Shown: positions 28,801-47,773 of the stretch, piece by piece
Numbering within the stretch: position 1 is the first letter of the stretch
How the letters are laid out: every line of letters starts with the position of its first letter
Source of the DNA: Ylistrum balloti
Lineage: Eukaryota
Assembly (NCBI RefSeq): GCF_031769215.1
Contig: NW_026781965.1
Coordinates: forward strand, 1,674,001 to 1,738,000
Length of the DNA stretch: 64,000 nucleotides
Reading direction: 5' to 3'
Notes under the pieces: model-generated
The model's database searches: none
What the model saw: the letters and a program-made list of their open reading frames with translations, nothing else
Told to the model about the DNA's origin: nothing
Program-made: the position numbers and the translations under genes

Positions 28801-31800
28801 AAATTTGAAATCAGAAAAACTAGAAGCAAATTATAAATCAGACTGCATCATAATGCTATTTTATCCCTACAGAACTTGTCAGTGATTTCAAATACCTAAA
28901 TTGTTGAAACCTTGAAGACTCACTTTCAGTACTTTTAACATGTTTTCTTCTAATTCTGATTTTTTAGAATTCTCTTCATAATTCTACAATATAACAAAAA
29001 AATCTGAATTACAGATTTATCTGATTACAACAAATTACAAGTTGAAATTGTTTGTGAAAGCCATAGCTTACTTTTGCAGTGCCTGATATTTTGCTGTCTC
29101 CTTCTCCTGTTTAGCTGAAAAACTGATCTTCATATCCTCAATAACTGCCCGTAGTGTGGACGAGGTTTCCATCTCAAGTTGCAGGGTATCCTGTAGACTC
29201 CTACAACACAAATTTGCCAAAATAATTAAAGAAAGTACAAGTGTAAAATTACCTTTATTTAGTCAAAAATATGATTTTGTTCTAGTTATAGATATATCTA
29301 TTACTGTAGTTATGGAGACCATGATATGGAAATTACAGACAAGCAGTAGAACATGATAAGTTAAGAAGATTCAAATCAAGTGTGGATCTCCAACAACTAG
29401 ATTAAAATTTGGGTATTTGTAACAGAGATCTTTATTCAGTGTCTTTGCTAGGATTTGATTCCAGGATCTCTGACTTACTGGCCAATATGTTACAGCTAGT
29501 ATTTATCAGGGTTCTATACTCCCCTTCTTATTCTCAAGTTTCCAAGGGTTACAGTGATATTTGTGAAAGTAAAACTAGTATTAATCCAATTCCCTAGTGA
29601 GTACCTATGTAACTTAAGTCATTATTTATTTCAGTGCCTCTAGGCCTCTCTAGAATTCAACTCCAAGACTTCTAACTTACTAGTCTGATGTTACATTGAT
29701 CAAGCTAAAACTACAATACTAAGGAGACTTCCCACAGTAAGTGACCTGAAATCTAACAAGTAGTGGTTATCTACATTTTCCCATAATCACACTGAAAACC
29801 TGTCTGAGTTACAGATATTGGAGAAACAGGACTTCACCTATTCTGTTCCTCCACTTCGTCCTTCCTCATCATCATGGACACCACTGCCTGCTTCAGTTCA
29901 TCTGAAATTAGACACCATATGAGATAAAACTGTCATGTTAGCATTAAGCAAATCCTGAGACTCTTCTACTGGAGATTGGGCTTGTTTGTTTATGCAGACA
30001 ACTTTTTTGTTAGCACTCTAAATATGATATTTCAGGTATAAGTCAGGACCTACTGGCTAGTATTATTGAAGGGTTTGAAAGGCTTAGTCAGCACTCATCA
30101 GAAAGCAAAACTAGATCAGAACAAATGAACATACCTGGTCCAACTGATAAACGAATGCAGTCTAATGTGCTGTGGGGACATCATGGGACATATATAATAT
30201 AAACATTGAAAGATTAGTCTTACTTTGAGAAGCTTACCTGTTGACATGGCATCTTTCTTTGCCACCACATTCACATTACCACCATCACCTTGGGTACGGT
30301 AGCTGAAACATATATCATCAAGCACTTGTGAAAATGGTAGCTAGTGTCAGTAAAACATTGTAACTGTAATGGACTTTATAACTGACAGATTTATGAGTGA
30401 TCCTGAGTTGCTATTGCTGTGTGGTTGAGATTTCAATACCCTGGTATGAGTCCATCCTTTTATGTTACAGCTACAGAAAACAACTACATGTATTACAAAA
30501 TGTCGGAGCATGTTGACAGGTGTGTGGAACAATCAAGTCTGCTTACCTGTGTGCTGTTCCCTGTTGAGCCAGATCAAGTGCACGGGCTGCTGAAGCTATG
30601 TCCAGTCCTCCATACTTCTGACCATCAGAAGAGTCCACTATCGAAAAAGAACATTAATTTGTCATCATGTGTTTCAGTCTTTTCATCTCTTTTAAAGGAG
30701 CACTTATCAACATCTTATACCTTTTGAAACAGTTTTTATTTATTCATACTGTTTTTGTGTATATGGACTAAATCTGTTGAAGGGGTCATGAGATATCATC
30801 TACATCAGTTTTAAGCTACAGACACACTTCGGCAAACAAATTATCAATATTGTTTACCACCTGTAGTATGTGCTGTTGTTGTTATCCTTTTTTTGTGGGG
30901 GAGGGGGGTGTTAAAAGATGAAATAAATAAACAAAATATTTCAATTGTACCTGATGAACTTAGGTTATGTTCCAAGGTTACAGGTGACGCAGAAAGGGTT
31001 ACAGGATTTCCCGCAGGATTCAAAGGTATCAGGTTGCCATGGTCACTGCAATTAAATACCCAGTGAAATTGTTCATATAACATATATACATGTGTGTATA
31101 ATATTGGGAATTGTTTCAGATTTGGTTAGAAGTTAAACTAGACTCACATTATATCTATCATACTATCTACATGTCTGACAATGTTACTTCCAGTTTGAGA
31201 GTAAAGGAAGTGCCGCATTAAACATAGTTTCAAGTCAATCACAGTTAAAATTTTAGATATGAAAACAATTCAGGTAAGTAATAAAAACAATAAACAATGC
31301 CATATATTATAACTTACATCACCTACATATGCAAATGAAAGTATTCATATCCATAATGCATTTGTTCTATCAGTAAACAATTTGTGGTAATTCTTATGAA
31401 GCAATATCAACAAAGTCGGCTGTATATGTACCAACTAGTTAGTTATCACTTAAACTTTGGATTTTGCTAATTCAGAGACTTTCAGTCCTAAAATCTAATT
31501 TAATAAAGTATTACTATTTCCAAATTAACCACTTCCAATGTGAAAGTTATTTTTTATTATATAACTGATCACAAATACCTTAACTCAAAGTCAGCTGAAC
31601 TGAAGGAGCTGTGACTATTCTGTCGATCATTAGATGTCCCCGATGTAACACTTGGTTCTCGGCTGTACAATAGGTACCTCTGTGAGGAAGTACCATTAGT
31701 TGGTGCCTTCAGCAAGGGCATCGTTTGCTTTTGAGGTTCACTGTCATTGTTTGTGTCAAATGATCTCCTTCCCACTGTTGCCCCATTGTCAAACTCTGAC

Positions 31801-34800
31801 TGATCTACTTCAGATAGGTGTGAAGCACTATATGTTCCAGAATCATCCTCATCAAAACTCACAATGTTGGCCATTTTCTTTTTCTTCTTTTTGTCTTTTT
31901 TCTTCAGTAATTCTGTTAAGCATAATCCGACATTTCATAAACTATGATATTTACATATACATATATCTGTAAATTGTACATATACTCAAACTACTGCTTG
32001 GTATATACATATATCTGTAAATAGTAAATATACTCAAACTACTGCTTGGATGGAAATGGAGCTAAATGTATATTAAAACCAACTCCTCAGCTGATGCAGT
32101 TTGCTGTGATCTGCATTACTTATGATAGTACTCCCTGAAGTTTGATCGTAGTTGAACTCATAGTATATGAAAAATGGAGATAAACTTATAACCTAACCAA
32201 TAGGTCACTTAGGAGGATGGACTGACAATAAATACACTTCATCAACTATTTATGTTTCCATCAAAACCAGCAGAAAAATAATACATGAATTAAAATATGC
32301 ATTGATCAGATTGATGAGCTAATGATTTGTATTTGTTTCATATTGATGATTTTACTAAAATTTATTATAAAATAAAATGAAAACATTGTAAAAATGATAG
32401 TACCTGTTCCCTTTAATATACTACTCTATTGATAGGAATTTAACAAACCTGAGAAACAAACAGTCTTAGAAATAAATAACAATAGGGAGATAGAGCAAAT
32501 CCTTTCCATTCCTATATCTAACAATCCCGGTAAAGAAGATCGTAAACAGCATTATAAGGAGTATTAAAACAGTGTAACTGACCTGAGGAAGTGGTCGGGC
32601 TTTCCTCGCCAGCAATGACAGGACGTGGCTCATCATCTACCCTGGGAGGTGACTTTGCCAAAGCAGTAGGGACTGTGATAACATTGGTAGTGGGCTTTCT
32701 GATATTGTTCAAATCAGCATTATCTATGTTGATGGCAAACAGGATTGATCCCAGACCTGTAAGGTTTCAAAAATGTACTATCATGTCAAACACCAAGGAC
32801 TTCATTCTACAAGTAATCTATATGAAAGGACCACCAAAATGCAGATTCCCAACAGATAGTCCTTTCTTTGCCAATATGGTCTCGCAATACATCTAAACAT
32901 TAACTGATCATAATTTAAATGGTGGTTACTCAAGTCAAAAATATATTCAATCGCAACAGGTTTTTCATAAATATTGCACAGATTTTCATCTATGACCATT
33001 CATACTATCTTAAATTTAACCTTAATTTGCAAGGAAGGAATTGATTATGCATTGTAACACTATACCTGCAGCCATCATTGGCATCATGCTGCTCCTTTCC
33101 TGGTCACGCAGAAATGCCCAACTTTCATAGAACTGACTGCAATGACACAAATATCAAATTTGTTGTATAAGTACTGAAAGCAGACAAAGCCAAAGTTCTG
33201 ACAAAGATATAGTGCTACAACATGAAACTTTACATCAAAGTACTGTCAAAGTTGCTCAACTTTCCTGTGGTTCTGTTTTATGCTCATTCAAGGGTAGAAT
33301 AGTTTGTGAAAAACTGATACCTTCACAATTAAATTCTTAAAGGAAACAAGAGTCTGTTTTATCACTTCCAATTTGCTTGTCAAAACATATAACCTTTACA
33401 GTATCTTGTACATCTTGTACAAACTTTTAATTAATATCCCCTGGTATATCTTCTTTCTCTGTCATATACCTTCTTCATATAGTATTAAAAAGATGATTAT
33501 TTGTCAAAGATGTTCATTGGAAATCACTTATCTTATTTGTAATCAATTAATAAGAGTAGCTGATTTTCGTATTTCAAATGCAAGCTGATCATTGTACCAG
33601 GTAGATGCTATCTGTGTCTCAATGACTGCTCAGTTTTGTGATAGCTTATAAATGTTAATAAAATTATCAGTAAATCAGTAAAAAGACATACTCTAACAGA
33701 TACAAAAATAAGTTCCAACCTGAGTAGTTCCTCACTCTCAAGGAGCATGTGAGTGTATCTTTCTAGAGAGTGTTCATTTAGGGAAGCCCTTAGCCATGCC
33801 CTACCACGCCCTGAGTCTGTGTTAATGCTCTGAAGCTTCATGAATCTATCCAGCTCGTGTTTGGTCAGGTGTTCCTTCACATACTGCCAGAACACTACAA
33901 CATACAATACACAATATTCATACTATATTTCATCAATGGCAGAGTACCCTATTGGTACCATTTCCTATGTTATAATGTTCTATATAAGGATATAACATTA
34001 ATGTGTTTCAAAAATGCTCCACAAAAAGGCCCTATTCAAAGTGCAGATTCGTGGGTTTTCTTTTTTATTTCTTAAATTCTTGTCAAAAGTGTACCATAAA
34101 AATTAAGGCCACATTCTTAAAAGTATTAAGCAGACTCCCACATCTTCACTTATATTTTCTATACTTTTCTACTTTTCAAACTTTCCATCCATGTACTGCC
34201 ATATCTTAGTGCCTGAATCATCACCCACCTGCCTCTGACTCCTTATTGGTGATGTCATTGAACATGTCAGTGACTTTGCTGAGACCAGTAATCTCTGTCA
34301 CCTGTCTGTAATATAATACATAAAATACTAACATCATAAAGGGTTTGTGCTATTGTATATATATATAAAAAAAAAGATTTCTCTTTAATATGTAACAAAT
34401 GAAAATAAAACTAATTGTATCCTGGATATTCATTGTCCCAATTTCCAAAACCTTTTCAAATCAAAATCTGCAGTCTTCCTAACAATTCAATATCTCCTAT
34501 ATGCAAGTTTATCTATCACAGGTATACAGCACACAAATTATAAAGAGATAAGGCCTGATACTAGATCTATAGCAAAATATGGCAAGAAATCTCTACACCA
34601 GTGTTGTGTTCAATAACTTCCCTGCTTTCAACTTGAACAAGTATGGATATACTGGTATGTTAAAAGTGTGCAAATCTCAACATTATTAAGCATGAAAATG
34701 TCAAAATTCCAATTAAATATTAATTCGAAAACTTTTACAATGAAAGGAGAAGTATGACAAGGCTGAATTTGACAATAATTACAAACATCTAATTAGTTAC

Positions 34801-37800
34801 AAGAGATAATTAGACCGTAGTGTATTTATACCCATGGCCTAGTGGCCACTTGACCACTTACTTGAGGGCTAAGATAGCCTTGTTACTCTGTCGCATTCCA
34901 TGCTGGAGACCAGTCTCCCAGGCAGCACACAGACAGGAAACTCTGTACAAGGAACAGAAAAAGTCAACATTGCAAAAAAACAAGAGATCTCCAAGGGATC
35001 TTGGTGCCCACCATTGTTTGATTTTTATTTGCTCTTTGAAAGTTGGATCTTTTCCCTTCTCTTCCCTTTTCTCTTCTGTTTTTGCTCTGAATGATAAGAC
35101 ATTTGAACATTCCTTTGCAGAAACAGCGATGACAATCTTTACCTGTCAAATCCAAAATGGCCACCTGGAAGCCATTTCTGATCAGTCCCAAAATCAAACG
35201 AGCAAAAGGAGAGACCAAAGGGAACATATGTATGAAATTTGAGAGATATTCATTAAGCACTTTTTAAGAATTAGCAGTAACAATCTTTACTAGGCAAAAT
35301 CCAAGATGGATGCCTGTCGGCTTTTTTGTTTTTCTGATCAGTCCTAAACTCAATCTGGCAAAACTAGCGATCAAGGAAAGCAATCACATGAAATTTGAAA
35401 AAGATCTTTGCTGTAATTCTCAAGAAATAGCGATGACGAACTTTCAAAGTCAAAATCTACCACTATGTCTGTCAGCCATTTTGTTTTTCTGATCAGTCCC
35501 AAAATTACATGGACACAACAAGAGACCAAGGGGAACCTACATATGCAATTTGAGAGAAATCCATCCAGGACTTCTCAAGAAATAGCAATAACAAAAATAG
35601 TTTTCTGACGGAGCACGGACACAGAGCGATTTGAATAACCCATCATCATCAAATCATGATTTGACTTCTGCAGCATTTTATTGTTATTTTCAAAGGAAGA
35701 CTGTGCTACATTATACATTATATATGTTGTTATAAGTGTATATTTTACCTCATGTAAAATGTGGTTTGAATGAAAACTATGTTATGACATTTATTCTACA
35801 ATAAGAATGTCAACAGTAAGAAAGTTGATTTCTTTATTGATTTACCTGCTGTCTGCATCAGCAGCCAATTCTGTTCTCCCACCAAATCGTACTTGGCACT
35901 GTAATAAATGATAACAGTAAACTCCAACACTGTACTGAAAGGGTGTTATGGTCCTTTATCTTATACAATGTAACTGACCTCCAATTAGTTGCTCCAAATT
36001 TAATGTTTTCTTTACTTTAAAATTGGATAACATTTGCATTTCGACTTCTGCTAATCCTGTATTTCCAGTCTATGTAATAAGGATGGTTAATAAACAGTGA
36101 ATTTTAAGGGTTGAGGGATTTCAGTATCACATTCATAGCCTTTATAGTGAATGATAACTATAAACAAGAACAATGATCATTTCTTTAACAGTGAAAGCCA
36201 TAAAAGACAAAGAAAAAGAGGTTTAAATCTCCTACTATTAGTATACGTTGTATTATTACTATACAAACATCAAGTCTAGCTTACAACTTGCTGGCAGCAT
36301 TCTGCAATAAACCTGTATTATGTGAAATATGTCTTGTATACACAAAGGCCTTTAAGTTAGTAAGATAACAGGATTACAATACATGTATTATTGGCAATAG
36401 AAAGTATGAAAAGGAACTTATATGTCTAACACTGTATATCAGTATATCACACCTGTCTGTTTGACAGCATTTAGGAGTCTGATCAGTACTTAAGTTGAAA
36501 GATTTTAGAGATACAAAACAGTTCAAAATTTTACATATTTACTATTTGTTTGATTTCGTCTGTAAGTTTCATCTAACAATTTGATACCCCATTTGACAAT
36601 ATCAAGGAATCTGTTGTTAATATTTGATAGAATACCTGTTTGACAGCATCTAGGAGTCTGGTCAGTATACTTTGTCGCTCATTCACATGAGGATCATCCC
36701 CTGTACAGAAAGTCAAAATAACATATATGAAGTTTTCATCTAAAGTTCGTATTATAGACAATTACATTTTTTTTGGAATAAAACATGCTGATATGCAGAA
36801 AATGTTTTATAATCATTGCCTAAAGTTTATATTACAGTATACCCCTTATCCTTTCATATTTAAGCATATATAATGCACATACAAGGTGACGCCAAACAAA
36901 ATAATCCTATGAATGTTATTTTTGATCAATGACTTTTTTAAATGTCACACCTTCAAATAGGATTCTTTGTGTATTTTAAAGTTCTATTATTGGTACCCCT
37001 GGTCTATCAATGACAAGCACATTATATTTGCTAGCTGGTTTCCACTAATCCACCTCACGTCACCGACCATCGGGTTGTGTCAGTAATTTGCACCTGTAGC
37101 TACATGTGGCGTCTGGACTTCCGAGGACATCCAGAGCAATGTGGCTAATCTGTGGTTCTGCCCTGCACCCAGGGGTATCCTTAGTTTTGTTACTCTACAC
37201 ACTCATGCTTGCATGACTTCCTCACCTGTCACACCTGGACATGTACATGTCTCAAAGACAACACCATATAAGGACAGACACTGACAATACCTAACAGGTA
37301 ACACACCAAATAAGGACATACATGTAAAGACATGGACAGTAACGAATACAAATTAGACAGGACGTTTACAGACACTTATGTACTTAGTGACACTTACTAC
37401 TATTTAAACTGTGACATAAAGGCAAATGAAAAGCAACAAAATGGGACTAATCCTATACCAATGACTGGGTTACGATAGTAGAACTAGTTATAGCTGGTAT
37501 TTGTCTTTAGTTCAGTGGTTCCAGGTTTGAGAATGTATTTGAAGTTTTAAGGTCCTCATTTTTTGATATCAGTATTAAACCTTAAGTTTGGAAATCCCTG
37601 GTTTGAGATTTTACATTGAGTTAAGAGGCCCCTGTTTTGATAATCCATCTTGATTTTGGAGATCCCGTCTGGTTTGAGTATATTGAGTTTAGAGGTACCT
37701 GGTTTGTGTACCTATCTTGAATAAGGAGGTTTCTGGTTTGAGTATACGTAACACTCTGGAGTTTGGAAGTCACTGTTATGAATATGTATCTTGAGTTGTG

Positions 37801-38682
37801 AGGTTCCAAGTTTGAGTATCCGTCTGCAATTTGGAGGTCCCTAAATCTCTTGAGTTTGGAAGTCATTGGTATGAATATGTATCTTGAGTTGGGAGATCCC
37901 AAGTTTGAGTACATGTCTTTAATTTGGAAGTCCCTGGATCAAATATGTATCTCAAGATTGGAGGTCCTTTGTTTTATTATCTATCTGTCTTGAGTTTGGA
38001 GTTCCCTGGTTTGTGTATCTATCTTGAGTTTGGAGGTCCCTGGTGTGAGTACCTCTTTTGAAGCTTGGAGGTCTCTGGTTTGAGAACCTCTTTTGAGTTT
38101 GAAGGTCCCATGTTTGACAATCTATCTGGAGTTTGAGGTCCCAGGTTTGAGTACCTATCTTGGGTTCAGAGGTCCTTGGTTTGATAATAATCAATCTTGT
38201 TTAACAATTATACGTTGAGTTTTGGAAGTCTCCCATTTCAGAATCTGAATTTGTTTGGAAGTCCCTAGTTGTGACATTCCGTAGCTTTGAGTCCTTTTAA
38301 TCTTTATGACTGAATATACTTTGTACAAGTAATATATTGTATAGTAATGTAAATCACCATATGGATCTAGATTGAAAGTCTCCCTTTCTTCTGCCATGAA
38401 ACGATGCAGTGAGGTTTCGGTAACCAATTAGACTACCATGATTATGAACACCGACAATCAGCTGAATGTTTTCATTTGTAGATTTGTGATCAACTTTAGC
38501 TAGTAGATTCGCCTTTCTAAAGTGACAAGTCGTGATATACGTACCATTCATTCTTGTAGGTCCATGCAATTATGGGCATTCATCTATAATCTGACATTCA
38601 AATATGAATTTAAACAACTAAAACACTCAGCATCTCGTTATTTGTTTTGACTTTTACACTGCGGTGCTTCCCCTTTGGTCAT
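22891..38682 (-). CDS. SNX29: Sorting nexin-29 (RUN + coiled coil + PX), about 786 aa, 22 coding exons
   Basis: Exons: 38682-38658 (tentative first), 36700-36636, 35898-35846, 34942-34862, 34305-34229, 33894-33720, 33136-33066, 32756-32583, 31912-31579, 31045-30951, 30637-30547, 30302-30238, 29901-29838, 29200-29072, 28680-28598, 27517-27411, 26717-26601, 26017-25965, 25715-25625, 24820-24680, 23481-23342, 23020-22891. All are phase-compatible (2361 nt). Motifs include RLLDAVKQCQVRFGG, GRGRAWLRASLNEHSLERY, VAEMHGELMEFNE and EEWNTYKRFSEF...FPPKKTIG. Confidence 0.95.
23590..24060 (+). mobile_element. HINE-like fragment in SNX29 intron
   Basis: Starts aagaggcccaaggggcctgaatcactc and carries the family blocks ccaaatttggacaa and caggagtaggattt. 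Confidence 0.5.
26170..26450. repeat. Degenerate short tandem repeat built on atcacaagggataaaaa
   Basis: The motif (at)cacaagg recurs about 8 times at irregular 20-55-bp spacing. Confidence 0.6.
27626..28482 (+). mobile_element. HINE-like element in SNX29 intron
   Basis: The 5' end is acaagaggtccacaggccttaacagtcatctga, with internal repeats (gacctt/aaggtc, ccttcatcc, ttattgagaa). The 3' end is ggtcaac-ttgacccttcggttca, like the 18522 copy. Confidence 0.65.
34979..35650 (+). mobile_element. HINE-like element (second family) with internal tandem duplication
   Basis: Starts aacaagagatctccaaggg, with duplicated blocks tcagtcccaaaat...agagaccaa.gggaac...atttgagaga. Homologous to 7860-8069 and 51295-51802. 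Confidence 0.6.
36943..37416. mobile_element. Solo LTR-like element, 474 bp
   Basis: Termini TGTCACA...TGTGACA form a 7-bp inverted repeat (TG..CA), flanked by an exact 4-bp duplication TAAA (36939-36942 and 37417-37420). The interior is richer in G+C than the flanks. Confidence 0.6.
37520..38200. repeat. Degenerate tandem repeat of about 35 bp in SNX29 intron 1
   Basis: The consensus-like unit gagtatctatcttgagtttggaggtccctggttt recurs about 18 times. Confidence 0.8.
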
Positions 38683-38743
38683 GGTCTGTCATGTGACTTA
38701 GGAGAACCGGAACTTCCGGTAGGCCTCTTTTTAGACGGTAAGT
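38683..38743. promoter_or_regulatory. Compact bidirectional SNX29/RPL10 promoter with palindromic ETS sites and a TCT/5'TOP initiator
   Basis: ACCGGAA-c-TTCCGGT (38706-38720) is a perfect inverted pair of ETS-type CCGGAA cores. It is followed by CCTCTTTTT (38724-38732, TCT motif typical of ribosomal protein genes) and the donor GTAAGT at 38738. Confidence 0.7.
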
Positions 38744-38915
38744 GAAACATGGTAGAACGTGAAAAATCCGCCGATGTAAATCTGTGTTCATCCTACTAAT
38801 AAAAGAGAACATGTTAACTTGACTGAGCACCTTGCTTGGACATATATTACTAAGTAATTTCGTTGTCTTTTCTGCACGATGAATTACCATTCTTTTTGTA
38901 ATTTCAGCCTTCAAG

Positions 38916-44566
<5,651 letters not shown>

Positions 44567-46642
44567 AATCTTTTCACATAAATTATAAAGACAAACCAAT
44601 CCTGTGATTAAAATCTGGACACCAGGATATTTTCTGTTTTTGCCTTTTCTTTTTATGAAATTTTGATATTTTGCAATGAATATCCATCAAGATAGTTGTA
44701 ACACAACAAGCTGAATGACGATGGATGGTCTCAAAAGTTTTATTGGCAATTCAAATGTAGATCTGATGCTGAGATAGTTCAATTTGTCAAAAGAATATAC
44801 TAATAGGATTAGTAGATATCGGTATGTCCACTGTAAATACAGTTTTCACACCCAGTCTACCAGATATTACACATTGACCAAATTAATCCTACAACCAGTC
44901 AGCCACAGATTACCAACTTCTGTATCCGAGATACACAGAAATATGGTGTGCATTCATAATTCACAACCGGTCTACTAGATATTAGGTATTGATGAAATTA
45001 ATCCTACAACCAGTCGGTCAAACATTACTATAACCTAGGAAACTGCAAAGTTGTGTGTGAATTTCGAATGAGCTCAAATCTCGTTACACAAGTAGTCTTA
45101 TCTGCAATAGTTTCAGTCTATTATGACGAGCATGTAGACATAATGAATATGATCGTCATTAGTCAGTTTGATAGTACAGACTTTTTTGTTTTTTTATCCT
45201 TATGGTATTTTTACACAACCATGGCAGGTATAAAACTTCCTTCAGATATGACATTTATACAAAGGTCATCCACCTTGTGCTTCATTCAGTGTCGGTTCAT
45301 GAGATCACTGATGATGCCAGTACCTAGTGCCTTTTTTATTTCAAAAACAATTAATTGAGCACGGCCATTTTCACTCTCCAAAATGTATAAATTCATCTAA
45401 AGTTTTCTCTGAAAAAAATAAATACTATTTTCATCTCTGAGAAAAAAAACATTGAAATATCCAATAACATTTTTTCTAGTTTTCAAATCCGAGACTGCAG
45501 TGACATGTGCATACCTAGGGAACATTCATAAATGGAAGACATTTGCTATTTAGGAAGTTACTATATGTTTATGGAAATAAGTATTGGTCAGAAATGAAAA
45601 CCTAGAAGATATATATATATATACAATGTTCTGCCTCTGTGTTTCAAGTCATTTGTAAAATGTGATGAAATTGCATCTTATTTATTCCAAAATATACTAA
45701 AAACTAAAAACACTTGTAAAATATTGTTACCATCATCAAAATATTTCATTTTAAGAGATTTTTGAAAATGATTCAATTCTACCTAATGTCAATAATACTG
45801 ATAAATATCGTCTTTGTCATGATAGACTTTGTGTTGTTCCAATAGCAAGATCTCTTATACATGATTGTATTGTGTGTTTCTCTCCAAAAATTATGTCTGA
45901 ATGGAACAAACCATCTAGTTTATTTCCTACAATATCATCCATTAGTGCAATAAAAAAGATGCTTATTTCAATCATTGCTGATGTTCAACACGGTGCACTT
46001 TTATTTTTAAAGTTAATTCAGACATGAAGATAACTTTAAATTTATGTAAATTGAGAAATTAGTTAATTTCCACCATAGAAATAGCCTTATCTACTTGTGG
46101 TCATCTGGTACTTTCTTCATCAACCAAAGGAACTTGAGTGATCGTATTCCTATAAATATTAAAATATTTCTTGATACTGAAATAGGCTAGATGCAGTTAT
46201 GAATAAATCTGTTCTCGAGTTAATTCGGAGATTTATTAACAATATCTGGAATGTCTCATTCATACAATGTTGTGTCAAGTTTTTGTCGGTTATCTATATG
46301 GGTTCAGCACAACAGGTTGAGTGTGTATGGAGGAGTTGTCTGTGCTTCACTCCAATAAAGGTGAATTTGGACCAATTCCTTTTGTAATCGTTCAGTGATA
46401 TCTGATTGTATGGCTGTTTCCATTTGACGTCGGTCGCAGATTTATTCCAGCTCATTGACAGTAACAACTGAGAATGTTAGGAAAAGGCTGAATCATCAGC
46501 CATGTAGAAACTGGTTGAGGCCGCAGAATGAACCAGATGCTGGACATAGCAACATCTGAATGCTGGAAGGTGGCATCTAAGAAGTAGTGACCCACAAAGT
46601 GGAGGATGTCGTGGCTCAAGGTTAAAACATCAGGGGATGTCT

Positions 46643-47773
46643 GATACCAGGGGGTAGTTAGGTGAAGGGAGCTGACAATTATACACCAAGGGGCAGAAGT
46701 AACCGCATGTCAGGGGGTAGTTAGGTGAAGGGAGCTGACAATTATACACCAAGGGGCAGAAGTAACCAGGATACCAGGGGGTAGTTAGGTGAAGGGAGCT
46801 GACAATTACACACCAAGGGGCAGAAGTAACCAGGCATGTACAGAGGATGCCAGATACCAGGGGGTAGTTAGGTGAAGGGAGCTGACAATTTTGCACCAAG
46901 GGGCAGAAGTAACCAGGCATGTACAGAGGATGCCAGATACCAGGGGGTAGGTGAAAAGAGCTGACAATTTTGCACCAAGGGGCAGAAGTAACCAAGCATG
47001 TACAGAGGATGCCAGATACCAGGGGGTAGTTAGGTGAAGGGAGCTGACAATTACACACCAAGGGGCAGAAGTAACCAGGCATGTACAGAGGATGCCAGAT
47101 ACCAGGGGGTAGTTAGGTGAAGGGAGCTGACAATTACACACCAAGGGGCAGAAGTAACCAGGCATGTACAGAGCATGTACAGAGGATGCCAGATACCAGG
47201 GGGTAGTTAGGTGAAGGGAGCTGACAATTTTGCACCAAGGGGCAGAAGTAACCAGGCATGTACAGAGGATGCCAGATACCAGGGGGTAGTTAGGTGAAGG
47301 GAGCTGACAATTTTGCACCAAGGGGCAGAAGTAACCAGGCATGTACAGAGGATGCCAGATACCAGGGGGTAGTTAGGTGAAGGGAGCTGACAATTTTGCA
47401 CCAAGGGGCAGAAGTAACCAGGCATGTACAGAGGATGCCAGATACCAGGGGGTAGTTAGGTGAAGGGATCTGACAATTATACACCAAGGGGCAGAAGTAA
47501 CCAGGCATGTACAGAGGATGCCAGATACCAGGGGGTAGTTAGGTGAAGGGAGCTGACAATTATGCACCAAGGGGCAGAAGTAACCAGGCATGTACAGAGG
47601 ATGCCAGATACCAGGGGGTAGTTAGGTGAAGGGAGCTGACAATTATGCACCAAGGGGCAGAAGTAACCAGGCATGTACAGAGGATGCCAGATACCAGGGG
47701 GTAGTTAGGTGAAGGGAGCTGACAATTATGCACCAAGGGGCAGAAGTAACCAGGCATGTACAGAGAATGCCAG
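46643..47773. repeat. 83-bp G-rich minisatellite, about 13-14 units
   Basis: Unit ataccagggggtagttaggtgaagggagctgacaattttgcaccaaggggcagaagtaaccaggcatgtacagaggatgccag, spacing 83 (for example 47276 and 47359). Truncated units occur at the left end. Confidence 0.97.

Noticed and set aside
45700-46620. Possible degenerate transposon-derived coding remnant (SWIM/YqaJ-like fragments such as SWNK, ITAS) on the minus strand
   Set aside because: The motif fragments are too short and lie in different frames; this cannot be supported without a profile search.
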